NCBI GenBank assembly: GCA_963707025.1
Contig: CAVPOM010000002.1
Span: forward strand, 32,001-96,000
Source of the DNA: an uncultured Verrucomicrobiae bacterium
Lineage (GTDB): Bacteria; Verrucomicrobiota; Verrucomicrobiia; Limisphaerales; Palsa-1400
Length of the DNA stretch: 64,000 nucleotides
Direction of reading: 5' to 3'
Shown piece after piece: positions 20,287-32,354 of the stretch (positions are counted from its first letter, which is position 1; every line of letters begins with the position of its first letter). Under the pieces are notes generated by a model. The model did no database searches. It saw only the letters and a program-made list of their open reading frames with translations, and had not been told where the DNA came from. The position numbers were made by a program, and so were the translations under genes.

Positions 20287-20504
20287 AGGCGTCGGCGCGG
20301 ATTCCGCGGGCACCAGGAACCGGAGCTGTTTTTTAGAATGGATTACATAAACTAATCATCTGGCTTGGAAAGCCATTCCCTTCCCTTGCCCGATCTTTCC
20401 CCTTTTTTGCCATGCCGGGTTGCGCGGTCGGGCAATTCAGGCATAGGCTTCGGCAAAATACGGTGAGCTTGCTATTCCGCGGTGCGGTAGTATTTCTAAT
20501 GATT

Positions 20505-21981
20505 ATGAAACCGGTTTTGTTCAACAACACGGTGCTGCGGGACGGCCATCAATCCATGGCCGCCACCCGCATGACCACCGCCCAAATGCTCCCCGCCGCT
20601 CCCGTGCTCGACGGCATGGGCTTCCACGGCCTGGAAACCTGGGGCGGCGCGACCATTGACTCCTGCCTGCGCTTCCTCCATGAAAATCCTTTTGACCGCT
20701 TGCGCGCCCTGAAGAACCGCCGCTCCCCATACCCCGCAGATCATGCTCTTGCGCGGCCAAAACATCGTCCAATACGCCAGTTTCCCGGATGACGTGGTGG
20801 AGGCCTTTGTGCGCTGCATGTGCCAATTCGGCATGGACATCATCCGCATCTTCGATGCCCTCAATGATCTGCGCAACCTGCAAACGGCCATTCAGGCCGT
20901 CAAGAAATGTCGGAAACAGGCCCGGGGGAACTCTGCTACACCATCAGCCCGGTGCATACGGTGGAGAACTTTGTCAAGATGGGCATTGAGCTGGAAAAGA
21001 TGGGCTGCGATGCTCTGGGCATCAAGGACATGTCGGGCATCCTCCAGCCGCGCATCGCCTTCGACCTGGTCAAGGAACTCAAGCGCAAAGTCGCCATTCC
21101 CATCACCCTGCATACCCACGACACCGCCGGGCTGGGCGCGGCCAGTTATCTGGCGGCCATCGAGGCGGGGGTGGATTGTGTCGAGGTTTCGATTGTTCCC
21201 TTCGCCAACGGCACCTCGCAGCCCGATACCCGGCGCATGTTGGCGCTCCTGGAAGGGGATCCGCGATGCCCGCAATTCAACACGGAAAAACTTTCCGAAC
21301 TCCGCGATTACTTCGAGGGCGTTTACAAAGAGTTGTCCCAATTCACCAGCCCCGCCAACGAGCGGGTGGACAGCGACATCCTCATTTACCAGGTGCCAGG
21401 CGGGATGCTCTCCAACTTTCGCACTCAACTCAAAGAGCAAGGCATGTCGGAAAGTTTTGACGAAGTGCTGCGTGAGATTCCCGTGGTGCGCGAGGCGCTG
21501 GGCTGGATTCCATTGGTCACGCCGACCTCCCAGATCGTGGGCACCCAGGCCATGATGAATGTCAAATTCGGCCGCTGGAAAATGATCTGCCAGCCCGCCC
21601 AGGACATCGCCCTTGGCAAATATGGCAAAACGCCCGGCCGGATTGATCCGGATGTGCTGGCCCAAGTCGAAAAACTCTCCGGCAAAAAAACCATCACCGT
21701 CCGTCCCGCCGATCTGCTGGAACCCGGCCTGGAGAAGTTTCGCAAGCAATGCGCCGAAAAGGGCCTGCCGGTGGAAGATGAAATCGTGGTGCTCTTTGCC
21801 ATGTTCCCCCAGCAAGTCGAAGCCTTGTTCAAGCCCAAGCCGGCGGCGGCCGCCGCCTCTCCCGCCCCGGCGGCGGCCGGCTCCGGCTCCTGCCTTCCCA
21901 GGCAATGGGCCGGGCAAGCGTTTGTTCGTCACCCTCAACGGCCAGCGGCACGATGTGCTGGTCGAGACTTTGGAAAACTGA
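20505..21981 (+). CDS. Pyruvate/oxaloacetate carboxyltransferase (OadA / transcarboxylase 5S-like, no biotinyl domain); three frameshifts
   Basis: LRDGHQS, ETWGGAT, MLLRGQN, RIFDALND, IKDMSG, HTHDT, QVPGGM.SN, PLVTPTSQIVG spread over four ORFs; shifts near 20715, 20926, 21870. Confidence 0.9.
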
Positions 21982-21997
21982 ACCGTGGAGACTGTAT

Positions 21998-24154
21998 ATG
22001 AACCTCACTGAACCCACCCCTATGACAGACCGATTGCTGGCGGATTTTCCGCCGGTCAGCTATGGCGATTGGCATCGGCTCGTCGAGTCCGAGCTGAAAG
22101 GCGCTCCCTTCGACAAGTGGATGTTCACGCCCTCTTATGAAGACATCACTCTCAAACCCATCTATCGGCGGGAAGACACCGCCAATCTCCCACACCTCGA
22201 TTCCTTTCCCGGATTCGCTCCCTTTGTGCGCGGCACCTCGGCGGCGGGTTATGTCAGCCAGCCCTGGGCCATTTCCCAGGAAATCACCTGCTCCAGCCCG
22301 ACGGAATTCAATCACGAGGCCCGCAACTCTCTGGCCGGCGGCCTCAACGCTTTGAACATGGTGCTGGACAAGGCCACCCGCAACGGGCACGACCCGGATT
22401 GGGCCAAGCCGGAAGAAGTCGGCTCCGGCGGGCTTTCCATTGCCACCCTGCGCGATTTGGAGCGCGCTTTGGACGGGATAGACCTGAGAAGCACCTCCTT
22501 GTTCGTCCGATCCGGCGCTTCCGGCATGCCCTTTGCCGTCCTTCTCTTTGCCCTCATGCGCAAACGCAAGCAAAAGCCCAGCGTCCTCCACGGCTGTATT
22601 GAAACGGACCCGCTGGGGGTTCTGACCCACGAGGGCTGTCTGCCTCAGTCCATGCAAGCCGCTTATCGGGAAATGGCCGCCCTGACCCGCTGGGCCGCGG
22701 ACCACGCCCCGAGCGTTCAAACTATCTGCGTCCATAGCCGGGCCTGGCATGAAGCCGGGGGCCATGCCGTGCAGGAACTGGCTTTCACCCTGGCCACGGG
22801 TATCGAATATCTCCGCCAAATGCACCAGCGCGGGCTGGACGTCAACACCGTCGCCCCGCGCATCCGTTTCGCCGTGACCGTCGGGGTGAACTTTTTCATG
22901 GAGATTGCCAAACTCCGCGCCTTGCGCATGCTCTGGTCGCGGGCCGTGGCCGCCTTGGGGGGAAATCCAGACGCCCAAAAGCTCTCCCTCCATGTCCGCA
23001 CCTCGCAATGGAACAAGAGTGCTTCTGATCCCCATAACAACATCCTCCGCGCCACCGTCGAAGCCCTGGCCGGCGTCCTGGGCGGTTGCGACAGCTTGCA
23101 AGTCGGCGCCTTTGACGAAGTCCTCCGTCCGCCGGACGATTTCAGCCGGCGCATCGCCCGCAATACCCAGCTCATCTTGCAAAAGGAATGCAATCTCACT
23201 CAAGTCCTGGATCCGGCGGGCGGTTCCTGGTTCGCCGAAGCGGTCACCGCCGAACTGGCCAGCCGCGCCTGGTCCCTCTTTCAGGAGGTCGAACAACTGG
23301 GCGGCATGGAAGCCGCCCTCCAGTCCGGTTTTCCTCAGAAAATCGATTGACGCCACCGCCGCGGAAAAAATGCAAGGCGGCCGCCTCCCGCCGCCATTCC
23401 ATGGTCGGCGTCAACCGATACGCCAACCTGAAGGAAACGCCCCTGGACGTCTCTTCCCTGGATGCCAGATTGTTTCACAAACGCCGCGCCCAGCAGGTCG
23501 CCTCCCATCGCACTTCGCTGGAAGATCCCGACAGCGAAATCGTGCTCAAAAAACTGTCCAATATCGTCAATATCCGGGGGGAGGGTCTTTTCGCCGAGTG
23601 CATGGAGGCGGCGGGCGTGGGCGCCACCTTGGGGGAAATAGTCCGCGCCATTCGCATCCACGACCAGCCCCTGCGCCCCCATCGTCCCGATCAGCCTGAC
23701 CCGCCCCGCCCTGCCCTTTGAACGGCTGCGCGCCGCCATGGAGCGCCACATCGCCCTCCACGACAAACGCCCTCAAGTTTTCCTCTGCAACATGGGACCT
23801 TTGCCAGACTACAAAGCGCGCGCTGATTTTTCATCCGGCTTCTTTTCCCTGGCGGGTTACGAGGTGATTTCACCCGATGGGTTCCAGACGCCCGAAGCCG
23901 CCGTCCAGGCCTTTGTGGAATCCGGGGCGCGCATCGCCGTGATTTGTTCGACCGACAACCACTATCCAGCCCTGGTGCCGCCACTGGTTACAGGCCTCCG
24001 GGCGGCCCGGCCCGGGGCCGTGATTGCGCTGGCCGGATTTCCCCTCGACCAGGTGGAGGCTCACAGGAAGACCGGGCGTGGATGAGTTCGTCCATCTCCG
24101 CGCCGACGCGGTCCAATTGCTCGGCAGTTTTCACGCCAAACTGGGGATTGAAAT

Positions 24155-24158
<4 letters not shown>
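21998..24158 (+). CDS. mutA: Methylmalonyl-CoA mutase small (beta) subunit; about four frameshifts
   Basis: [58 protein letters not shown]; shifts near 23340, 23370, 23670, 24075; TGA overlaps the mutB ATG. Confidence 0.9.
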
Positions 24159-26338
<2,180 letters not shown>

Positions 26339-26417
26339 CATGAGCTCAAATCTCGAAAAACCCGCGACTGCTCATGCCAGCCAACCCCCGCCAAACGACG
26401 AAACGCCATGACTCTTT

Positions 26418-26850
26418 CCTCTCCCTGCGGGAGAGGACCAAGGTGAGGGTTCTTCCCTCTTCATTTTCTTCCCCGGTAGGGCGAGACTCCGTCGAGCCCT
26501 GACTCAATTTCCTCGGAGAAAGTCACCGCTCGACGGCGGATGACCATTGGGGTCATATCCTTTCCACTTTGCTTTTGCACTGTAGCGGCGGTCTGCGACC
26601 GCCGCCAATCGCCTTGGCAATAGTGCAGTTACGAACTGGAAACGGTATCACATCTGCGCATTCAATCTTTGGCTTGCGGGCGGAGGTAAGCAAAAGGAAC
26701 CACGAAATAGTTTCCCTTAAATCGAGCGTTTGGGAAGCGCCCGAAAAGGCGTCAACCCATAGTCCGGTGCTATTTGATTAGTGTTCGTCTTAAAAAACCC
26801 ACATAAAAGCGAACCAAACTATGGGTTGACCCTTTCTGGGTGACCCCTTT
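26418..26850. repeat. Cluster of REP-like palindromes
   Basis: CCTCTCCC.GC.GGGAGAGG..GGTGAGGG (26418-26449); GTAGGGCGAGACTCCGTCGAGCC; GCGGCGGTCTGCGACCGCCGC; GTCAACCCATAGT...ACTATGGGTTGAC inverted pair. Confidence 0.7.
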
Positions 26851-27109
26851 CACGTCGGAGGTCAGCGAGCGCGGCCCTGCGTCCACACTAGATCCATCAG
26901 CATTGAACTTTTCGAACTGCTCCTTCCGGCCATCGCCCGAGCCCGAAAACGGCCTGGAAATTGACAGTCGGGACGCGTTGCAAATCGCAGGACCAACCAG
27001 GCGTGACACAAAAACCCCCATCTAAATTTTAGAATCATTATGTAAGTGTCGTATATACAAGGTATTACAACTTTGCCCATTCTTCACATTTTCTTTACTC
27101 AAAGAATTA

Positions 27110-27118
27110 TGGTATACT
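27110..27118 (+). promoter_or_regulatory. Extended -10 promoter (TGn-TATACT), probably giving a leaderless transcript
   Basis: TGGTATACT at the end of an AT-rich tract, 9 nt before in-frame GTG 27128. Confidence 0.5.
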
Positions 27119-27127
27119 GTGTGCAGT

Positions 27128-28720
27128 GTGACTACAAACTTTAATTTAGAAAACTATATTGGCCCAAACGAGGTGGTGACATCCTCCACGTTGATCGGGC
27201 GATGCACTGCGGCAGGATTCGATCCCGTGCATGCCAGGCAACTCCTGCGCCGTAGTTCGGCCAGAAATGGCCTCTGGCGTTCAGAAATCTTGGCCCTGCG
27301 CAATAATGGCCGGCTTTTCGCCCTTTCAAAATTCAGGGGTTCGGAAGGCTTCGTTGGCCAACTGCTCCCGATACTCGCTCAAGAGCGACCCGGCCTTCAC
27401 AGACTCTTGCATAAGCTCATGCTAGACGAAGTGGTGCTTAAAGCCCACGCCCAAATGCTGCTGGCGTCGCCACTGGCCGTGAAAAAGACCCGATACCCCC
27501 CATATGAAGCCGAGATTGCCGCTATAGAGGAGACGTTGATCGCCCGTGTTGAAACTAAGGATACTTTAGGAGAGCGTCTGGTGTTAAGGAGGATCAGCGG
27601 GACAGTGAACAGTTCCGCAGCAGGCCTGAAGGCACTAACGGCACTCCACATCGAGATTGCCATAACCAATATCCTGATCGAACACTTTCGCCGCCAAAAT
27701 TTCATCTCCTGGAATCCGCTGGCCGGGAAGCAAGCCCGCCAAGGCTTGATTACATTTAACAATTATCCATTCTTCGCGGCGACCTTCAGTTGGATCGCGC
27801 CTTTGTTACGATGGGACGCCGCAGAGAAAAAGTCCAAATCTACTCCAGTTGTCTTTCACACATGCTGCGGGCGATGCAACGTTTGGGATGTGGAAGGATT
27901 CGCGGCTCGGATCCAAAGAGCAGGTGCAAATAAGATTTCAAGATTGAGGGTATTAGGGATTGTGGCAGCCGAGGATTTTGAGCATGGAGCTTGGAACAGA
28001 GCCAAGGAGGAGGGATTCGTCGCGATTAATCTTCGTCAACTTTTTGGGGACGCTGCATTTGAAGCCATCGTTCAAGTCCAGGAACTCCTGAAGAACGTTA
28101 TAGGAGACGCAACCAAAGCTAAGGATGATGATTACAACGAACTTTCACCGATGTTGACGAGTCTCAAGACCAATCCATTCATCGTCAACCTCAAGTCGCT
28201 GGCCTTTGAAGCCCTCAGTGGGTTCCTCGTCAAATATGAGGGCTGGGAAGAGGTTCAGCTCAATTTGAAAGTCCCATTTAAATTACCGGAGGGGGAAACC
28301 GAACGTGAGGTGGACGTTAGTGGGCAGAAGAATGCTTGGGATGACCTTTGCATCATTGAGTGTAAAGCAGAAGCCGCAAACAAGGTCCTCGATGGCAAAC
28401 ATGTGCGGAAGTTCTTCACGGAAACTGTTCCTGCCTTTTTGGCTGCCAAGTGTGCGGCCCGCAACCCGTCCCACTGCCACGCCGAGATTTGGACGACTGG
28501 AATTGTGACGGACGTGGCGAGGAACGCGCTCAAGGAAATTAGCATTCGGAAGTGTGTCACTCCGGCGCTTCTGGGAAGAGACGAATTGATCCGGCGATTG
28601 CCGAGACCGCTTCACTCCACAAAACGACTCCTCGAAACCATCGCGGAACTAGGAAACACAACAGCGCCTGGAGACCTTTGCCCGGCGGCTCAACTCCGCG
28701 AGGGCACCGATTCTCATTGA
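27128..28720 (+). CDS. Hypothetical protein with C-terminal PD-(D/E)XK restriction-endonuclease-like domain
   Basis: FE...EREVDVSG...IIECKA catalytic pattern; lower GC than flanks; long unbroken ORF. Confidence 0.75.
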   Translation: MTTNFNLENYIGPNEVVTSSTLIGRCTAAGFDPVHARQLLRRSSARNGLWRSEILALRNNGRLFALSKFRGSEGFVGQLLPILAQERPGLHRLLHKLMLDEVVLKAHAQMLLASPLAVKKTRYPPYEAEIAAIEETLIARVETKDTLGERLVLRRISGTVNSSAAGLKALTALHIEIAITNILIEHFRRQNFISWNPLAGKQARQGLITFNNYPFFAATFSWIAPLLRWDAAEKKSKSTPVVFHTCCGRCNVWDVEGFAARIQRAGANKISRLRVLGIVAAEDFEHGAWNRAKEEGFVAINLRQLFGDAAFEAIVQVQELLKNVIGDATKAKDDDYNELSPMLTSLKTNPFIVNLKSLAFEALSGFLVKYEGWEEVQLNLKVPFKLPEGETEREVDVSGQKNAWDDLCIIECKAEAANKVLDGKHVRKFFTETVPAFLAAKCAARNPSHCHAEIWTTGIVTDVARNALKEISIRKCVTPALLGRDELIRRLPRPLHSTKRLLETIAELGNTTAPGDLCPAAQLREGTDSH

Positions 28721-28954
28721 ATTCTTCCCCATTTCCTATGGCTTTCATATCAGAGGAGCAACTGACTGAGACCGCCAGGCTGAAAATGGGGTAATTGTGG
28801 CGGTTTGAAATTGTTGTCTTCTTCCGGTTCCGTTTTCTTCCCCCTTCGCACGAAAGTTATCTTCTTCTCTTCTTTTTCCGTTTTCTTCGGCAGTGGATTT
28901 TCTTCCCACTTGCCGCTTTGACCTCGACATTTTAATGGAGGCGGTTTCAACCAA

Positions 28955-29533
28955 ATGAAGCCGGAAACGCATCGCTGTAAATGTCTGCACTGTAAGAAGT
29001 TGTTCGTGCCTGATTATCGGAATCTGGAACGACAGGGTTATTGTGCGACCCCGGAGTGCCGGAAAGCTGGCAAACGGTCCAGGCAGCAGCGTTGGTTGAG
29101 CAAACCGGAAAACAGCGACTACTTCCGGGATGCCCAGAATGTGGAGCGCGTTCAGGACTGGCGAAAGGAGCACCCCGGTTACTGGAAACGCCATCCGCGC
29201 AAGACAGCCGGTACGTTACAAGACGCCTGCTCGGCACAACCCATTGCAGTCAAGGAAGTTGCAGCGGCGGTGTTACAAGGGGCCTGCGCTGGTACGTTAC
29301 AAGACGTCTGCCAGGTGCAAGTGCCTCTACTGGTGGGGCTTATCTCCAAGTTCACCGACTGTACGTTACAAGACGACATCGTCATTTACGCCCGCCGTCT
29401 GATAGCCAATGGCCAGGACATTCTGGATCAACCCTCCAGAAGACTTGCGAAAGGAAACACTGTTTATGATGCAAAAGAAAATCCTGCGCCCCCAACGCCT
29501 GCGGCAGGTGCCGGCGCAGTTCAGTTGGATTGA
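28955..29533 (+). CDS. IS21-associated zinc-finger protein with (T/V)LQ(D/G) repeats
   Basis: CKCLHC...YCATPECR; RVQDWRKEHPGYW; repeated TLQD. Confidence 0.7.
   Translation: MKPETHRCKCLHCKKLFVPDYRNLERQGYCATPECRKAGKRSRQQRWLSKPENSDYFRDAQNVERVQDWRKEHPGYWKRHPRKTAGTLQDACSAQPIAVKEVAAAVLQGACAGTLQDVCQVQVPLLVGLISKFTDCTLQDDIVIYARRLIANGQDILDQPSRRLAKGNTVYDAKENPAPPTPAAGAGAVQLD
29211..29375 (+). repeat. Three exact 15-bp direct repeats GTACGTTACAAGACG (iteron-like)
   Basis: Copies at 29211, 29292 and 29361; partial copy GTGTTACAAGG at 29270. Confidence 0.85.
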
Positions 29534-29858
29534 TCAACGGCTGGTGCGCGAAGATTTCCTGCGCCATGGCGAGCCGGCCGCCTGGGCTCTTTATCTGGTG
29601 CTGGTCACCGTCGCCGATGCGCAGGGACTCAGTTATTACTCCGAGGCCACCTTGAGCCGGTTGCTCAAATTGGACCTGGTGCAATTGGCGCAGGCCCGCC
29701 AGCAGTTGGTCAGCGCCGATTTGCTGGCTTACCACAAACCGCTCTATCAGGTGCTGGCGTTGCCGTCGGCTCCAACAATACCTGCCAGTCAGCGCTCAGG
29801 CCAGAGCTTGAGCGCGGGCGATATTTTGCGGCGCGCTCTGGCAGGAGGTGCAGCATGA
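29466..29858 (+). CDS. IS21-associated winged-helix protein (replication-initiator-like N-terminus)
   Basis: FSWIDQRLVR...ALYLVLVTVADAQGLSYYSEATLSRLL...YQVLAL; TGA overlaps the istA ATG. Confidence 0.65.
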   Translation: MMQKKILRPQRLRQVPAQFSWIDQRLVREDFLRHGEPAAWALYLVLVTVADAQGLSYYSEATLSRLLKLDLVQLAQARQQLVSADLLAYHKPLYQVLALPSAPTIPASQRSGQSLSAGDILRRALAGGAA

Positions 29859-30053
29859 TCGACTATCAGACCTTCCATCAGATCCGGCAGTTATGCGACC
29901 AGGAACACCTGTCGATCCCGCAGATTGCCGCCGCCTTGCATCTGGATGAGCGGACGGTGAGCAAATGGATCGACTGCAAAACATATCAGCCGCGAACGCC
30001 CGCTCAACGCGCCAGCAAGCTCGATCCGCACAAAGGCGCTGTGGTCCGACTCT
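29855..30053 (+). pseudogene. istA: IS21-family transposase IstA, N-terminal fragment only
   Basis: IRQL...LSIPQIAAALHLDERTVSKW HTH followed by SKLDPHK; reads into unrelated repeat DNA at ~30054. Confidence 0.75.
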
Positions 30054-30380
30054 TGGCCGCGATGGTGGACGACGGCATGGAGGTGACGCGCGGGCTGAAC
30101 CGGAGGCCGGGCAGCACGAGCGCCGCATGGCCGTCATCATGGAAACGCCAGCGCTGGAATGGGTTACCGATAATATTGTACAAAGTATGGGTGTTTTAAC
30201 ACCTCCGAAGATGTAACGGCATGTAACGGGGGTGTAACGGCTCTAAAATGCGTAAGTGCTTGTGGTGCAACAGGTGTAACGATGTAACGGCTGTAACGGA
30301 GCAATGGTCCCCTTCCGCTTGACTTCACCGTCATACCCAATGTGTGTAACGATGTAACGGCTGTTTCCGAGCAATGGTCG
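30054..30380 (+). repeat. 327-bp direct repeat, copy 1 (8x TGTAACG)
   Basis: Aligns without gaps to 30704..31030 with 9 mismatches by eye, all in the first ~135 bp. Confidence 0.95.
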
Positions 30381-30581
30381 AATAAAGGGGTCAGTTAATG
30401 GTATTGTCATATTTTATCAAATGGGTCAGACCGTAGCTTTGTCCAATAAAATGCGTAATAGCCTGCAAATCATTGAGTTATAGATGGGTCTATACAGGCC
30501 CAATATGCCCTCTCACCATGACACCCGTGCGATGCGACCGCCCTGAGAAACCGCGCCCCACTGCCCTTGCGCCACCCTTCT

Positions 30582-30698
30582 TGCCATTTATCATTTAGCC
30601 TTTAGCCTTTATAATTTATCATTTTGCCTTTCCCACCCCCCTCCCCTCCGCGCATTCCTTCATTCGTAATTTATCCTTTATAATTTATAATTTTCCAT
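30582..30698. repeat. Degenerate heptamer tandem repeats (TTTAGCC/TTTATCA/TTTATAA)
   Basis: Two 7-bp periodic tracts: catttatcatttagcctttagcctttataatttatcattttgcctt and cattccttcattcgtaatttatcctttataatttataattttccatt. Confidence 0.75.
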
Positions 30699-30703
30699 TC
30701 CCC

Positions 30704-31030
30704 TGGCCGCGATGGTGGGCGACGGCAGGGAGGTGAGGCGAGGGCTGAACTGGAGGCCGGGCAGCACGAGCGCCGCATGGCCGTCATCATGGAAACGGCA
30801 GCGCTGGAAGGGGTTACCGATAATATTGTGCAAAGCATGGGTGTTTTAACACCTCCGAAGATGTAACGGCATGTAACGGGGGTGTAACGGCTCTAAAATG
30901 CGTAAGTGCTTGTGGTGCAACAGGTGTAACGATGTAACGGCTGTAACGGAGCAATGGTCCCCTTCCGCTTGACTTCACCGTCATACCCAATGTGTGTAAC
31001 GATGTAACGGCTGTTTCCGAGCAATGGTCG
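30704..31030 (+). repeat. 327-bp direct repeat, copy 2
   Basis: Exactly 650 bp downstream of copy 1. Confidence 0.95.
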
Positions 31031-31134
31031 CGAGCGGACCCCCTGCGCTGCTTCCAGCGGTTGTCCTGACGGAACAAATCCACTGAAAACAGCGAAGGAC
31101 CTATAATCGGGTTGCCCGTCCCAGGTTCGCCGAA

Positions 31135-31328
31135 GGGCAATTGTGGCAATGTCTTCGCCAAAAAAGGTTGGGCTTGCCTGCCGCCCTCAAAGTAGTAGGT
31201 ACTCATGCAGGATATGAAACCGGCATTATTCAACAACTCGGCGCGGCGGGAGAGGCGTCAATCCAAGGCGGCCAGGCGCCTGACCACCGCCCAAATGTTC
31301 CCCCGCCCCGCCAATTCTTGATGACATG
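31135..31328 (+). repeat. Diverged duplicate of the upstream region and first 38 codons of the carboxyltransferase gene (20430..20618)
   Basis: GGGCAATT..GGCA....CTTCG.CAAAA.A.G.TG.GCTTGC and ATGAAACCGG..TT.TTCAACAAC...TGACCACCGCCCAAATG are shared. Confidence 0.88.
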
Positions 31329-32354
31329 CATTCGCTGGCACCAGATGCAGGGACGGTCGAGGATTTTGTTGCCGGCGTGCTCGCCGGCGACCACGCCGTC
31401 CTCGCCCGCGCCATTACCTTGATCGAAAGCCTGTCTCCCCGGCACGAGGAAAAGGCCCAGGAAGTCTTGCAGCGCCTTCTGCCTCACACCGGCCAGGCCA
31501 AACGCATTGGCATCACCGGCGCCCCGGGCGTGGGCAAAAGCACCTTTATCGAGGCCTTGGGCTCTCATTTGATCAACCAGGGCCATGCCGTGGCCGTCCT
31601 GACCATTGATCCCACCAGCAAACGTTCCGGCGGCAGCATCCTCGGCGACAAGACCCGCATGGAGAATCTCAGCCGGCAAACGCGGGCCTTCATTCGTCCC
31701 TCCCCGGCCGGGGACAGTGTTGGCGGCGTGGCTCGTCGCACCCGCGAATCCATCCTCCTGTGCGAAGCCGCTGGTTTCGATCCGGTCCTGGTCGAAAGTT
31801 TGGGCGTCGGGCAGAGCGAGGTCGCTCTGCGGGCCATGGTGGACTACTTTTTGTTGCTCTTGCTGCCGGGCGCCGGAGACGAATTGCAGGGCATCAAAAG
31901 AGGCATCATCGAAATGGCCGATGACATCCTTGTCAATAAAGCAGACGGCGAGAATCGGCCGCGGGCCGAACAAGCCCGCCTGGAACAGCAGGCCTCTCTG
32001 GCCTGCCTGCAACCGGCCACGCCGGGCTGGAAGACGCAAGCCGCCCTCTGTTCGGCCCGCACGGGCGAGGGCCTTCCTCAAGCCTGGCAGCGCATCGAAC
32101 AATTCTTCGGCGAGTTGCAACCCAAAGGCCTCATCGCCAAACGCCGCCGGCAACAGGCCGTGGATTGGCTCGCCGATTCGATCCGCGATGAATTGCAAGG
32201 CCGTTTCGAGCGCCACCCGGCCGTGCAGGCCCGTTTTCCCGCTCTTCGGGAATCCTTGCTGCGCGGTGAAATCACCGCCCTGGCCGCCGCCCGCTCGCTG
32301 CTGGCCGACTTCGACCCCCGCCCGCAAAACTCGGATTATGATCACAAAAATTGA
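31326..32354 (+). CDS. meaB: Methylmalonyl-CoA mutase-associated GTPase MeaB
   Basis: LARAITLIES, GITGAPGVGKST, GGSILGDKTRM, GAGDELQGIKRG, NKAD. Confidence 0.95.
   Translation: MHSLAPDAGTVEDFVAGVLAGDHAVLARAITLIESLSPRHEEKAQEVLQRLLPHTGQAKRIGITGAPGVGKSTFIEALGSHLINQGHAVAVLTIDPTSKRSGGSILGDKTRMENLSRQTRAFIRPSPAGDSVGGVARRTRESILLCEAAGFDPVLVESLGVGQSEVALRAMVDYFLLLLLPGAGDELQGIKRGIIEMADDILVNKADGENRPRAEQARLEQQASLACLQPATPGWKTQAALCSARTGEGLPQAWQRIEQFFGELQPKGLIAKRRRQQAVDWLADSIRDELQGRFERHPAVQARFPALRESLLRGEITALAAARSLLADFDPRPQNSDYDHKN

Larger units (their letters stand above)
28796..30053 (+). mobile_element. Truncated IS21-like element with two accessory genes upstream of istA
   Basis: Three tightly overlapping ORFs, the last an IstA-like N-terminus cut off by the repeat at 30054; left end (TGTGGCGGTTTGAAA) is tentative. 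Confidence 0.6.

Noticed and set aside
30211..31030. TGTAACG arrays as a CRISPR array
   Set aside because: Repeats are only 7 bp with 1-4 bp gaps, there are no unique 30-40 bp spacers, and no cas genes are in the window
26340..31130. Prophage or integron as the explanation of the island
   Set aside because: No integrase, structural phage genes or convincing attC sites; no target duplication found at the island edges
31606..32337. Long N-terminal extension of the epimerase ORF (also the extensions of ORFs 15716..17347, 41503..43275 and 47641..49071)
   Set aside because: Extensions overlap neighbouring genes or repeat DNA; family motifs and signal peptides start at the downstream codons used here
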